Notes under the pieces: model-generated
The model's database searches: none
Seen by the model: only the letters and a program-made list of their open reading frames with translations
Told to the model about the DNA's origin: nothing
Part shown: positions 11,981 to 25,562 of the stretch, piece by piece
Layout: the number at the start of each line of letters is the position of its first letter
Position numbering within the stretch: position 1 is the stretch's first letter
NCBI GenBank assembly: GCA_013265495.1
Contig: MU058418.1
Location: 558,001-622,000 of the forward strand
DNA from: Vicugna vicugna
Taxonomy: Eukaryota
Direction of reading: 5' to 3'
Length of the DNA stretch: 64,000 nt
Translations under genes and position numbers: made by a program

Positions 11981-14900
11981 GGCTAGGGTAGGATACTCGA
12001 TTTTTATCCTGTAAATTTGGGTCTGCTTCTGCGGCTCCTTAGCATTATAGGAGATGTGCCCACAACACACGCACTTAAAAATTCACACCCCACACTCCTT
12101 CCCCCGCTGGAATCTCTTACACAGACAATGAGAAATTTACCACGTACAACAGATAGTGCTGAGAGAGCGTCTTGCTGGGAGTCTCTGGAAGGAGCAGGTC
12201 AGGGCTGGTGAAGCTAGGGGGGCTGGGGACACAGCCTCGGGAGAACGCAGCCCACTGCTTGACTGCCTCTGCATATCTGAAGTCTGAGTCTTAGGGCTTC
12301 AATTTAGGAAGAAAGGGTGAGGCAGCTAGTGGGAAACTGAATCCCAAAACTGCTTCTGGTGCCTGGAAGTTGGGCTTCGTTGTTTAATCCCTGGGTGGAA
12401 AGAGAGAGTTCCTACCTGGCATCTCGCCCTAGGGAAGGTGGCTCTGCCGGGTGGGATGGGAGGTGGGGTCCACAGGCTAGGCAGAGTGAGGATGAGGGGG
12501 CAGGGCCTGCACCAAGATTCACCCCCTTGTTTTCTGCCTGGAGGGCCAGGAGAGGCTGGACTTGGCTGGCTTCCCGCAGCTCAGGCTGATGAAAGTGCCA
12601 TGGGAAGGACAGCGCAGGGCATCCCAGTCTGCCACGTGACTTCAAGGTAGCTGTCCGCGGTGGTGCCCAGCTGGGGCTGAGCACCACCCCCGTGCCTCCC
12701 TCCCCTCCCCACTGTGTGCATTGAACAGGTGAGGGAGCTTAGCACATGGCAGACTGGGAGACCTTGGGTTTCTCCTAGTCTGGGGACAGAGTCTGTTGTC
12801 CACTCCCAAGAAGAGGGACCGAGGAGAAGGTATGTGTGACAAGGGATTAGGGTCAGTGAGCATTTGACCTTAACTCCAGTCCTGGGGATGTGCTCTGGGT
12901 GATGTTATTAATATGGCTACTGTACATTTTCCAGGACACCTGGTTTCAAATGTTCTGCCTGTTGTCACTATAAATCATCTAGATGACTTGGGGCTCCAGC
13001 TATACGTCCCAGTCTGCTTTACACTGGCAGAACAAATATAGGTCAGATCATGTGTCCTGATTATTTTTTGTAGACAATTGTGGACAATTTATTGCACAAC
13101 AGGAAGTGGGCAGGTAAAGGATCATGTGTGTGGCCATCTGGGATTCCTGGGACGGGCTGGATATAAAATTGCTGGCCTGTTATCATTAGGCTCCCAAGGA
13201 ACACCGGTGCCCCTCCAAGCTAGACCCTCCTGTTCTGCTACTGATGTCAAATACTGGCATGGTTGCAAAAAAAAATTGAGTCAATGAATATAACATTTTC
13301 CATTTAAGAGTTTTTCTAATTTTTCTTAAGCATTTGGTACCTGGTATGTATTGTAGCAAGCATATGCCAGCACTTGACAAACTGAAGAAGCAATAGGAAA
13401 AAATTCGTACTGAGGAACTCAAGAAGAGCTGAGCCTGTGAAGTTCAGCAGCCTTTTGTGTGCAGATGGGCAGTGTGTAACTTGGAGCTGGGTTTTCTTGA
13501 TTATGTGTGTACAGTATAGTCAGTATAATCATATTTTTTGGTATAACATTGTTTTCAGTTCAAATAATAGAATTAATCATATGAGCATTTATGTTGTCCT
13601 CTGACCAGATGTGAGGGACTCTGTGTCAGTCAGGACCCTAACAGCGGCTGGAGATTTGGACCTCTTTACGGGGCCAGCTGGAGAGAGGTGGGTTGGTTTG
13701 TAGCCACAAATGTGCTGTGATTTGAGGGGCTACTCAAGTGGAAGGGATAGGCCACCCACTCACCTGAAATTCTACCATCAGAGGATGTTTTCTTTGGGTT
13801 TTGACGCTCTATGAGGTAAAAGACTTGGTGTGACATTTTGGGTTTTATGTTCCTGGATCAAAGAAGGATAGATAAGCAAGGGGGAGACAGACTGATGAAG
13901 GAGAAGCTGGAACGAACACCTTACCTCTCACACCTCATAGTGTGTTCAGAACTGGGCTTGTCTCTTCCTCGACTGCCCAGTGGTGCAAAGCGCTGTCCAC
14001 GATCTGGCTGGGAATTTTTGTGCTGTTGTTTCCCTTCACCTCGGTTGTTCCTAAACAGTGAGCCCTGGGCTGGGTCATGAGGATTGGGGAAAGCGAGGGT
14101 GCTGTTTGGGTACTTTATATAGAGGCATAAGATCCCAGTCCTTTTCTGGGAAGGATGATCTTTTTGTTCTGAAATTGTCTTTCAGTTGTGTGGTACTTAA
14201 ATGTCTTTTTTCTTTTTCTTTTCAAATGAAACTGCAGTGATAATAAATAGTAGTTTTTAAAAAGTCTTGAGGCAAAAATAATTCAAGACAGTGACATAGA
14301 GTGGTAAGCTTAAAAGCTGCTCTTGAGTTTTCACTGATTGTGGAATCCAAAGCCAGGGAAATACTTAGTACCCAATGACCTCACTATGACATGGTCATCT
14401 CTTTTAAAGTGAAAGCTTTATGTTTCCAAGGGTTTTCCATCAGATACTATATGCAAAGCCTTTAGGAGATGAGTTAAGAAAAACACTGCCTTCAAGAAGC
14501 TAAGAGTCTAGGACAGACATGATAAGAACTCAAGTGATATCAGAAAGTACAGTGACCTGAGCTTTGAGTAGGAGAAAAGTACCAAAGAGGGATCCCAAAA
14601 AGGAACAAGTCACATCTAATCAGGGAAAGAGAATCAGGTGAGTCTGTTAGATTTAGTGTCAGAAAGCTCCTTAGGCTGACACAGAAACAAGGGATATCCA
14701 TCACTTTTGATCTGTTCTTTAATCCCCCTCCCCAAAGAAAAACCTAAGGGATATCATCCTTGCCCCCCAGCTATTCACTTCCTAATCTGCTGCTCTCAGT
14801 GTTTCATGAAAAGTGAGGCCAGACTATCCCTTAGACCTATGATCTCAACAGGTTTTTGATTACATACGCCACCAATTAAAAAAAAATTAGATGCCCTAAT

Positions 14901-16393
14901 ATTTTCTTCCAACACTTCAGAAGATTGTCTTTGCACCCTCTGGGGTACCCCATCCCACCTCAGAGATCAACACACTAGAGAAATGCACACAGGCTGTTGA
15001 AGGAGACTGGATTTTATAGGACTAGCTCCTCTAGATAAGAAAAGCCTCAAGATGTATACTGGTAGGCTCCACACCCTATTCCTGAGCAAATCTCAGAATA
15101 CGTTGATGTCTGTGGACAGTAGAGAGACACTGCAGAATGACCGTGGGGCACCATACTGAGATTCTTTGTCCTAATTCAACTCCTAGTGCAGAATTTGTAT
15201 TTAATGTGTAGGTAGTTGATACTATCCCCAGGATGTCTCTGCTTTGTCCCAAGAAGTTTCCAGGCTGGAGTCGTACGTGGTGTTAGCAGCCATGGTTAGC
15301 AGGGTGATCTTGCCCGCTGAGCTCATTAGGCATTAGGAATCCCAGGTAGCAGAGGGAGGACAGAGGTCCTGGGACGGGGAAGCGCTGCACCCCCCACATC
15401 ACCACTATCTGTGGGGAGGACTAAACTGGGAGGGAAACACTGTTAGGACTGATTGTGTTAGGGCACAGCCTTACTTAGCATTCCCAGGTCTCCGTCCTCT
15501 GGTGCTCTTTGACCCATTCCTGACCAAGGGTTTCAAGTTCTGTGAGCCATCTCCCCCCACCCCGACTATAAACACACATCTCCAATTTCCATAAGCCAAG
15601 TTGGGGCCCACAGAGGTATCATGTCATAGGAGTTCATTTGCAGAGCCTTCTTCTTAGTCACATCTCCTCACCCAATTGAAAGCCGCCTGTCCTGCTTCTC
15701 AGGCTGTGTGCTCTAGGGGAACCTGTGAGAAGGCACCCACGCTCCAGCACACCTCTGCCAGGCACCTGCTGTGGCTTAGGTACTTGGGGAAAGTTGGGAG
15801 CAGGAGGTGGGGTGAGACAACCCTCCCTTCCCACGGGGCTCGTTTGGTCCAGAGCTGCCTAGGGTCCCCCAGAGCAGGGCAGCTGGGTCAGGACTGCAGA
15901 GCTGGCCCATCTCCCTTTCTGGGGGAGAAGGAGCCATATCACCTCTATGGATTGTCTCCTGTGAAACGTTTCACAGTCGAAATCCTTGCCAGTTCCTGAA
16001 GAGAAGGGCGCATCCAAGGTGACTGGCCCACAGAGGTGGCCGGGAGTGGGGAAGGCTGATCTGGGAAAAAGGGACACAGCACAGCCTGAGCAGCCAGGAG
16101 ATCCAAGAGCCAACCCATGGCCTTTGCTCAGGGGGCCCTGGGCAGGTGCTGAGTGGCTGCCACATGAGTCCTGAGGGAGACCCTGGCTGCTGCAGACCAG
16201 CCAAGTCAAACCCCTGAGTGTGGGAGCTGGAGGAAAGCTCCTGCCGTGACTAACGTGTTGTGAAGCACTTGGAGCATCTAAAGGCCCTCAAGTCCCCTTC
16301 CAAAGATCTTCTCGCTGGTTCTGAAAATACCTAAGGCAACTTGTACCTTTCTTTCTCCCTCCCTCCCTCTTCCCTTCCTTTCTTCCTTTCTTG

Positions 16394-16431
<38 letters not shown>
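16394..16431. repeat. (CT)n(CA)n compound microsatellite
   Basis: Read directly. Confidence 0.9.
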
Positions 16432-16433
<2 letters not shown>

Positions 16434-18149
16434 CCCCATGGGTAGGAAAGAAGGAGAGGGAGAGAATTACAAAGGTGATTGAACACTTGCCTTGAGAAGG
16501 GTTGAACATTTGCTCAAAACGCATCATTACCGTAGTTGCCATTTGCTGGGTGTGACTATAATACCTGGAAAACAAAGTTATTCCAGCATGTGGGAGGGAG
16601 CAGGCTGCCTGCTTGGCTGGTGCGGGTGTGGCTGCCGAGTGGGTCCCACCCTCCGGTTTTGCTTCCCAGCCTGCCCAGCCGGTTCCATCTTTTACTTCTG
16701 AAGCTCCAGTGATTCTGCCCCTTGTCGCTGCCCCAGTTCCCTCGTGCCTAAAGACTTCAGAGGAGAAGGTTCATGATAATAACTGAGAACCCATGTGAGG
16801 CCTTTGTGGGACTGTCTGAGCCCGGGGTATTTATTATCTTTCTGAATGGTGTTCTCCGGGGAGGGGGAAGAAGAAGGGGGCCCTGGCTGAGCCAAAGAAC
16901 AGTAATCTTCGGAAAAGAAAGAAAAGGGCCAACAACGGCAACAAAAACTTCCTGCAGATGTGGGATTTGAAGGAATCCGGAGAAAGCAAGCCTATTTTTA
17001 GCAGGAGCGAGAGTGCAAACCGTGATTCTCTCCACAGGCTGCTGTCACTAACATTTGTCTATAAGCAACATTTTCATATTTAAACATGACAGCCTTGCAG
17101 ATTGAAAGGAACTGACACTTGATCTACTTGCTGAGTAAACGCTCTCCCTTCCGTCAGCCCAGTGGGAGGACCTGCTTCACGCGGTTGGTTGGGCCAGGCG
17201 TTGGGTTCACCTGCGTTGCCATGGATGTTCACGTGGCAGCCACTGATGGCCGGAGACTCAGCAGCAGTGACGACAATGCTGCTCTTTCCGGGTGAGAGAG
17301 CTGTGCTGTCATCTCAGTTGGGAAGAATGTCCAGTGCACTTTGCTCAATTAAGCATGCATGTGTGGAAATGCAGCACTCAAATGAGCAGGAGGAAAAATA
17401 TATTAAATTTGAAAAAGTTAAGTAATACCATTGGGAAAACCAGTGAACTTGAGGTGAACCCAAAAACATCAAAAGAGAGAATCTCAGAAACGTGAGCCCT
17501 TCGGCAGTTCACCAGACCCCAGGTGAGACGTACAGATTACATCCTCTGTGCTCCATGTGAATATCTTGCCCAGATCAGTATCAGCAAGCCTGGCACACAA
17601 GTTCTTTTGAAATTTTAGGGAACAAGCACTTATCTAAGTCATCTTAGGAAATAATTCACGGTTAATGTGGTGAGTTTGGATTGGAGGGGCAGCAATTCAT
17701 TGAGGATGAGGCCCTGAAGATGACTTCTCCGCTCCCCCACTGCCTATTCTGACTTGGACCTGTCTCTACCCTGCTGAAGGTGGTGGTAGTTATTGGCGTT
17801 CCTACTGGTCAATGGTGGCTCAAAACTGAGTGAGAAGAAAAACAGGGAGAAAACCACAGGACAGCACTGAAAGCCTCAAGTCAACCTGGATGCAGCTGCC
17901 TTTATTATTCCCAGCTTGGGTGGACATTGCTTTACATGCACAGAAGTTTGAGTTTTCTAGACAATCAAGAAAGCAAACCAAGAGAAGCTGAAGGGTTTGC
18001 TCAGCCTTGTGGTGGGCTTGGGGCAGTGGTTTTGAAATGTGGTCCCAGACCAGCTGCATCAGCATCACCTGGGAACTTGTTAGAGATGCAGATTCTTAGA
18101 CCCAAAACAGAACCACAAACTCTAGGGGTGTGGCCCTGGAATTTGTGGG

Positions 18150-18796
18150 GTTACATTTTTTTTATATTGTTGTAAAATGTATGTAACATAACATTTGCCC
18201 TTTTAGCCATTTTAAGTGCGTAACAGTGGCATTCTCAGTGTTGTACAACCATCACCTCTATGTTTCCAAAACTTTTTCATCACCCCAGACACTCTGTAAT
18301 CATTAAGCAATAGCTCCTCACTTCCCTCTCCCTCTAGCGCCTGATAACCTCTAATCCACTTTCTGTCTCTATGAGTTGCCTATTCTAGATATTTCATGCA
18401 AGTGGAATCATAGTGTGTGGCCTTTTGTATCTGGCTTCTGTCACTGAGCATAATGTGCTGAAGGTTCATGCATGTTGTGGCATGTATCAGCATATCACTC
18501 ATTTAAACAATTTTTTTTTTTTTGCAGCGGGAAGGTAGTCAGGTTATTTATTATTTTTTTTTAAATTTAACAGAGGTACTGGGGATTGAACCCATGACCT
18601 CGTACATGCTAAGCATGTGCTCTGCCACTGAGCTATACCCTCCCCCTCACATCATTCATTTCTGTGGCTGAATAATCTTCCATTGTCTATATATGCCATG
18701 TTTTGTTTATCCAGTCATCTGTTGATGAACACTTGGGTTGTTTCCATTTTTTGGCTAATGTGAATAATGCCGCAATGAACATTAGTCTACAAATAT
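18150..18796 (-). mobile_element. Old L1 (L1MB/L1MA-like) 3' fragment, itself interrupted by a SINE
   Basis: TTGCCTATTCTAGATATTTCATGCAAGTGGAATCATA, TTGTTTATCCAGTCATCTGTTGATGAACACTTGGGTTGTTTCCA. Near-TSD CTGGAATTTGT/CTGGAATCCGT. Confidence 0.85.
18505..18646 (-). mobile_element. tRNA-derived SINE (camelid Vic-type)
   Basis: Reverse complement reads GGGGAGGGTATAGCTCAGTGGCAGAGCACATGCTTAGCATGTACGAGGTCATGGGTTCAATCCCCAGTACCTC plus an A-rich tail, with A- and B-boxes. Confidence 0.9.
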
Positions 18797-19154
18797 CTGG
18801 AATCCGTTTTAACAAGAGTGCTAGGTGGTTCTGATGTGTAGTTAAGTTGGGGAAGCTCTGGCCCAGGGCCCCAGAGCTGTCTATGCAGAAGCTCAGAACG
18901 CTCAATGCAGTGTGTCCCACTGCAGCTTCATCCATCCCAGCCAGGGGTCAAGGCTGTGTCCACTTATGTTTCAGTTCTGCTGCAGAGATCAATATCTAGA
19001 GTTTCTCAAGGGTCCTTCTAAGACTGATCCCGGAGGAGAAACACCTGTCTGGATTAGGGATTCTCTTTGACTTTCTTTCAAGGGTGATGCCTCAAAATAT
19101 TTCAAAGGGATGGCAGAAAAACATTTATTAAAAAAAATAACCAATCCAGTTGTT

Positions 19155-19233
19155 CTTGTTGCTGTTTTATTGAAGTATATTTGGTTTACAATGTTGTGTT
19201 AGTTTCTGGTGTACAGCATGGTGATTCAGTTTC

Positions 19234-19282
<49 letters not shown>

Positions 19283-19594
19283 ATATATTCCTTTTCATAT
19301 TCTTTTTCAGTATAGCTTATTACAAGATATTGAATATAGTTCCCTGTGCTATACAGTAGGACCTTGTTGTTTATCTATTTTATATACAGTAGTTAGTATC
19401 TGCAAATCCCAAACTCCAAATTTATCCCTCACCACCCCCTTTCCCCCCCGGTAACCATAAGTTTGTTTTCTATGTCTGTGAGTCTCTGTTTATAAGAAAG
19501 TTCGTGTGTGTGTGTTTAGTTTCCACATATAAGGGATATCATATGGTATTTGTCTTTCTCTGTCTGCCTTACTTCCTTTAGTATGATAATCTCT
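19155..19594 (-). mobile_element. L1 3' end (artiodactyl-type) containing (TG)n; 8-bp TSD
   Basis: TTTTATTGAAGTATATTTGGTTTACAATGTTGTGTTAGTTTCTGGTGTACAGC. CAGTTGTT at 19147-19154 and 19595-19602. Confidence 0.85.
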
Positions 19595-20239
19595 CAGTTG
19601 TTGATTGGAGTTTCACTCACATGTGTTTTGCTACCCCATGATGATCTCGATATTAATTGTAAGTGACCCACTCTACTCCTATCTGAAGCCAGCTCTTTTT
19701 TTCCGAGAATTGTAGAGGCAGTAAGTGGGAAGAAAAGAGAGAAGGAAAAATATATTTGCTATAAGTTCACAGATACTTGGATAATGTTTGATGATTATTG
19801 TCTTAAAAATTGACAAGTCCCAATACCTAATTCTTAACTATTCTTCCTATTCAGAGAGATTAAATAACTTGCTTGTAGAAAATGACAAAGCCAGCGATTA
19901 GAATCCAGGTCTCACTCCACAGTAGCTGAATAAATCATTTCACACTCCCTGTGGGTGGTTTAAAATATTACTCCTTTGGGGATATTTGGATGTTTAACAG
20001 AGGACTCCTGGATATGTAATATTTTAACCTAAAGAAATAAATCTTTAAAGGTAGAATGTCATACCTGAAGAAGAGGAAAGGAATACCTTTCCAACAACCA
20101 CAAAACCACACCATGGAGTCTCCTGCCAGCTATGCTCTAGTGATCCCTGGAGGGCAGGCTCAGGAGGGTGTTGTGTTTCACCTTGGGTGTCACATATTGA
20201 GAATCAAGTGGAGGTGAGGTGGAGGTAGCCTGGACTGTG

Positions 20240-20632
20240 ATGGTGTGGGAATCACAATGCTGAAGGGCAGTGGAAGCAACTGAGGATGTTCCTTTTGGAT
20301 GAAAGGGCCAAGGGAACATGTATACCCCTGTGGCCTGGTATATGAAGGGCGTCTGTGTGGAAGAGGGTGCAGCTGTGTGAGTGGCTCTGGAGGAGAGGGC
20401 TGGGCCTGTGGGTAGGGGTTGCAGGAAAGCAGGTTCCTTCTCAGTATCAGAGAAAGGTTGCTAACATCAGTAGGATGGACATCCTGGTGAAGTAGTGAGT
20501 TCCCTGTTGGCAGAAGCATCGCAGTTGAATCAGATAACCAGCCAGGCACACTGTGGCAGGGCTCCCTGCACTGGCTGGAAGGTGGGATAAAAAAGACTCC
20601 CTGGTGCCAGTTCAACTCCAAGGTTTTATGAC
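20240..20632 (+). mobile_element. L3/CR1 3' fragment
   Basis: GAAGGGCGTCTGTGTGGAAGAGGG...GTAGTGAGTTCCCTGTTGGCAGAAG...TTCAACTCCAAGGTTTTATGA. Confidence 0.6.
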
Positions 20633-23600
20633 CTCGAACTTCCAAAAGTGGTTGAATTTTTATATGCTGAATGCAAAACCAATTATCAAAAGGGAATCAA
20701 TGGTGATCTATCATTTTTACTGTTTAAAGTATGTCCCTCCTTTAAAAAAATCACTCAGCATCATTGATGGAAATTTCTGAAATATTTAGAGTTACCCTTT
20801 GGGGATTTTGTCTCCTTCTGTTTATTAATTCAGTGAGAGCATCAATTTGCGTATCTTATAACTGTGTACCGCTCTGACCTATTGGCATATCCCCTTTTAG
20901 GCTAATAATTGGAAAACTCAACATGGAGCAGCTCCATGGGTAAGGATCTTGGAGCTAACAAAGCAGGAAAGACCCAGCTGGAGTCTGAGGCAAACCCAGG
21001 GACTGTTTGTGTTCTCATTCTTTCTATCGCATTCGGCTCACATTAGTGAGGTCTGAGGATTTGGGTCATTGGCATGATCGTGGTCTTCAGACATCTGAAG
21101 GATATAAACACTGAGGAAGGAAGGAATTTATTTAGCTGGAGACAAGGTATAATTAGGGTAAGAGTGATGGAATGAAATTAAGTAGAGAAAGATTTAGACT
21201 GAATATTAGTGGGGTACTTCTAAGCAATAGGTTGATGAAGCTTTTAGATATTTCTAGGGAATGCTATCCTATGTCCTCCAAGTCACTTGCAAATCAGAGG
21301 GACAAAGACTGAGATGATCTTGAGGAAACCACAGTCTCTGGGGATCAGGCAAACGGAGAGTGCTTGGTTTTTCCTGCTTTCTAGTCTGTCTTATAAACAT
21401 GAAAAGCTCAGCCTCCTACTGAATGACTTCTGTCTGCCTGTGGCGAGTGCTTGCTTTTCTTAAAACCAGGAATTATTCAAAGATTGGTTTGTTCCTAAGG
21501 GTAAAATCTGAATGTGAGAATGAGAGGAGAATTCCATAGATAATCTGGGATAGAGCAGGCACTGGCTTCTCTGCCTGCCTATTTGTCCTGCCTCTAAAGG
21601 GAAGGCAGAGGAGGTGAAAGTCATCCCTCCCTCTGATTGGTCCGAAAGGATCTTGAAACTCTGGGTCAAAAGGAGATGCCTGCATCAGGAAGAACTGAAC
21701 ACTGCTGGTTGAGGAAGACGAGGCCTCAGCAAGCCCGGAGCTTTTCTTTTCCTCTGGAGCATTTGCCCTACACACTAGGAATCTACGTGTTCTTTCCAAA
21801 GTCAAGTACAGACAGCTCTTCTAAGGTGCACCCCGCTTCCAGGAACCACCAGTCAGTGACTAGGATTTGCAGCCTTCCTGGACCAACTATGCTCGGCACC
21901 ATGCATTACCTGGAGGATGTGGGACCCAGCTTCCTTCTGAGACTAATTAGAGACATTTGCATTGAGGTATTTTGCATAAGCCATTCGGTAGTACTGACAG
22001 GTAAAACAATAGAAAGATATACTGACATTTGGTAGAGATTTCTGTGTTTAACCTCTTGGGAATGTCAATACTTCCTGCTTCCTCTGTGGTCACCAAGGTG
22101 GGCAGTCACGGAGGGGGAGGGGGCTTTTTTTCTATTACAAGTGTAGCTCCCATGTAATTTTCTACTTTGAAGTCTACATCTTCTTTTGTTAAGTAAAATG
22201 GAGTTTTACTCTTTAAAACAGATCATGGCTGGTCTATATGGCTAGCTTTATCTTAAAAGGGAATAGAATTCTTGAATTGAAACCAAATTGGAGACCGTTC
22301 AATGGCACGCTGTGCGAGGGGCCAAGCAGAGACGTGTGTCTGATGATTACCTTGACTGCGGAAACAGTGAGTCACTAGTGTCCGGACCAGTGGACACTTG
22401 CTGCGTGGGTTCTCCCCATCCTTGGATTTAGACAGCTGTCGATCGTCCTACCTGGCCTAGAACCTCAGAGTCCACTGTTGTCCAACATCACAACGTCCAC
22501 CATTGTTTCAGTCCTCATCTCTGTCCCTAGGATGTTCTGTGTTTGAGCCGGGAGAGGACAGAGAGGCAGCAAAAATCACAATCAGAAACCACCCACCCCA
22601 CCCCTCCATCAGCAGAGAGAAGGGCACCGGAGAGCTGCTGGCAGGGATGATGAAATGGGAGGAGGGCAGATCACAGCAGTGTTTCCCAGAAGAACAGTGG
22701 CCTCTGGGCACCCGAGGAGAACTCCTCTCGGCATGAGGGCACTATGTAAGCAGGGTTAGCCCTTAATGAGGTTTTTATGTGTGCTCCGGGTTTTGAATTT
22801 TTCTGCTGGCGTGTCATAAGAGTCTGGGGTGGTAGCCAAGGAAACCCTCACATACCTTCCACATCCATTTCCTAACCCTGGCGCTGAAGAGAACAGGGTG
22901 CCTCCCCTCCCCGAGGTCACAAGGGGCATTATAAAGCTCTCCAAATAAGATGAATTTGGATTCTCACTAATTTAAAAAGTCAGTGTGATGATGAGGAATG
23001 TGGAATGTGTTGGAAAACGGAAGAAGCCACCTTCTAAAAGGGGGCTAATTATGGTAGAGGATCAGGTTGGACCTAAGGTTAGTATCGCATTTACTGTTGC
23101 TCAACATCAAAGATGTCTTAAGCTGGGAACACAGTTGTCTCTCTCAGTGTGACTCCCATTTACTGTGTGTCAAGCTGCAGGAAGTCCGCTGATGTAAATA
23201 GATTAATATTTAAAAAGTAATACAGAAGAATGAGGTTCCAAACATGTAATGTTTAATTATTTAAAACCCATAATGGAATTCCAATCCGAACTCATGTCTC
23301 ACGTCTCACTGGTGCTCAGCAAAAAACTCAATTAGCCAGGGAGTCCGCTCGCTCCATGGCTTACTCAGACCATCCAGGGCCAAGCCTGTGTTCTCTTAAA
23401 GTGTTTGGAAACATAGGTATTGACAGCTTAGGTAGTGTTAGACTTTCTCACTAGACAATGGTCACAACCCTTTTTAGTCAAATTGTTGGGTAAAATGTCT
23501 GTTGTTACCAGGACTTAGAAAAGGATTTGAGTTATTTCTGTCCGATAGGACTTGGGAGAGTAGATGATCTGTTAGAAATCACAGTATTAGGGCATCTGTG

Positions 23601-25390
23601 TTCCTGTTGGGCTTATCAGGCCATGAAGTATGTGTTACAGGGTGCAGGTGTATGGTGAGGAAAATGTACTTACTTAACCCAGGGATGGTCAATCACCCAT
23701 TCTCCTTTTGAGACCGTAGTTCTCCTGGAGCTTTAGGACACATGTCATCCGCTCTTGAGGGTGAATTTGCCCAACCACCTGTGGCAGAGAATGGCCAAAG
23801 GAAGAGATAAATGATCAATGGGGCTTAGAGTCGAATAAACCCTCATGAACCCATCGAATCTTTTTCAAGATCAGCGTGCCGGCAAGTGGGTTGAAGTCGT
23901 ATTTCTTGATTTTTTATTTTCGTTCAGCAGGAAAGGTAAGTCCAGACCTTTGGGTATGAATATGAACATACCGATCGGCCCTTTGCTTTTCTTGTGCTGT
24001 GCTCCAAGAGTTTGCTCCTCGGTTGTGGCGGCCTGGTTCTCATGAGATGCTCATGCATTCGTCTTTAATGCAGAAAATGCAGTGGTCTGACCCAAAATGC
24101 TCTGGGGTGGAGCTTCAGGGTTTGGAAGGTCACACAAGAGGTAATGGTATTCATGACGTCCTGTGGGCTGGCGGGCTGTGTGGGGTAACCAGAATGGAGA
24201 GGACAGAAATTGAGTTTGTAGTGACTGCAGAAGCTGAAACCACAGGGTGAAATATAATAGGGCCCAGGCCTCACTGAGCACAGGAAGCTGCTGAGAGGTA
24301 AGGGGGGAGCTGAAGGGCTGAGAAAAGTGCTGCGAGGGGACGAGTAACCTTGATTCCCAGCAGGACAGAGCCTGTGGTCATGCAGAAGGGCAAAGGCGTG
24401 TGAATCACCTTCACCATCTCTTACAATTCAGGTAACAACCAACAGTTGCCTGTGGGAACCCTTACCATGTGCACAACAGTGGTCTGGGGTCTAAAAGTTC
24501 TATGAGACCCAGGCCCAGGGCTGCAGAGGAAAGCTTTAATCAGAGGAACAGTGGCAAAGCCTAGGTTTCCTGCTCTGTCTTACATGCATCCAAGTCATTA
24601 CAGTAGCATTTTCCAAAGTGTTTGCCTACAGGATCCCACCAGGAAAAAAAAAAATTGTATTTTTGGAAAATCAAGGAAATTCTGGGTTAATCAAGTTTAA
24701 CATTTCTTTTCTGCAGAACTTCTCAGGGGCTTTAATATGTCAGTTTTCAGTGAGAATCTCCCAGAGGAGTACAGGGTGTGCAACTTTTCCCAAACTTATT
24801 TGACCATGGAATTCTTTTTTAGAGGCAGAACATTGACGGGATTGGTGTTTCTCAGATACCCTGTAGGCAGTAGAGTTGGGGAAGGAGTGGTCAGTGAGAA
24901 GTAGGGGGTTGCAGTGGGTTTAGGGACAGACAAGTGCCAGATGTAGCAGTCACGTGTCCTTTCTGTGGTGACCCTCTGAAATAGCATTGGTGTAAAGAGG
25001 CATATGCTGGTGTTAACTTCTGCTTCCCTGGGCTGAGGCTGCCTGGGCACCCCACACCCACAGCCACAACAGGGCACATGGTAGGATTGTGCCACATGGA
25101 GCTCCTTAACTGCGGGAGGAAGTATTGTGGGATCATGCAAGGACTTTGAAGTTACTGCCTCTCCCCAGATTTTCCTCATCTTTTAATAGAGAGTAATACT
25201 GGAAAGGGCTGTGGTAAGGATTAAATCAGAGAAAATGTATAAAGAAGTTAGGTCAGATTCTGAGTCTTCCTGTAGTTATGGAGGTTTGCTACATAGAAGC
25301 CCAAGAAAACCATCAAGACGAAAATAGCCATTGGTGCCTATCCTCATGGAGTCTGGGCAGTGGTTCTGGAGGCAAAGATGGTCCCATAGT

Positions 25391-25516
25391 GGGGGATGGG
25401 TATAGCTCAAGTGATAGAGTGCATGCTTAGCTTACATAAGGTCCTGGGTTCAATCCCCAGTACCTCCTCTAAAAAAATAAATAAATAAGTAAACCTAATT
25501 ACCTCCCTGCCTTAAA

Positions 25517-25520
<4 letters not shown>
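25391..25520 (+). mobile_element. tRNA-derived SINE (camelid Vic-type), followed by (TA)n at 25522-25559
   Basis: GGGGGATGGGTATAGCTCAAGTGATAGAGTGCATGCTTAGCTTACATAAGGTCCTGGGTTCAATCCCCAGTACCTCC...AAATAAATAAGTAAACCTAATTACCTCCC. Confidence 0.9.

Positions 25521-25562
<42 letters not shown>

Larger units (their letters stand above)
18024..18860. mobile_element. MER5A-like MITE split by an L1 insertion (left ~18024-18146, right ~18797-18860)
   Basis: CAGTGGTTTTGAAATGTGGTCCCAGACCAGCTGCATCAGCATCACCTGGGAACTTGTTAGAGATGCAGATTC resumes as GTTTTAACAAG...GGTGGTTCTGATG...GGAAGCTCTG. Confidence 0.8.

Noticed and set aside
25391..25470. tRNA-like sequences with A/B boxes (five copies)
   Set aside because: They have A-rich tails, TSDs and scattered divergence, so they are SINE heads and not tRNA genes.
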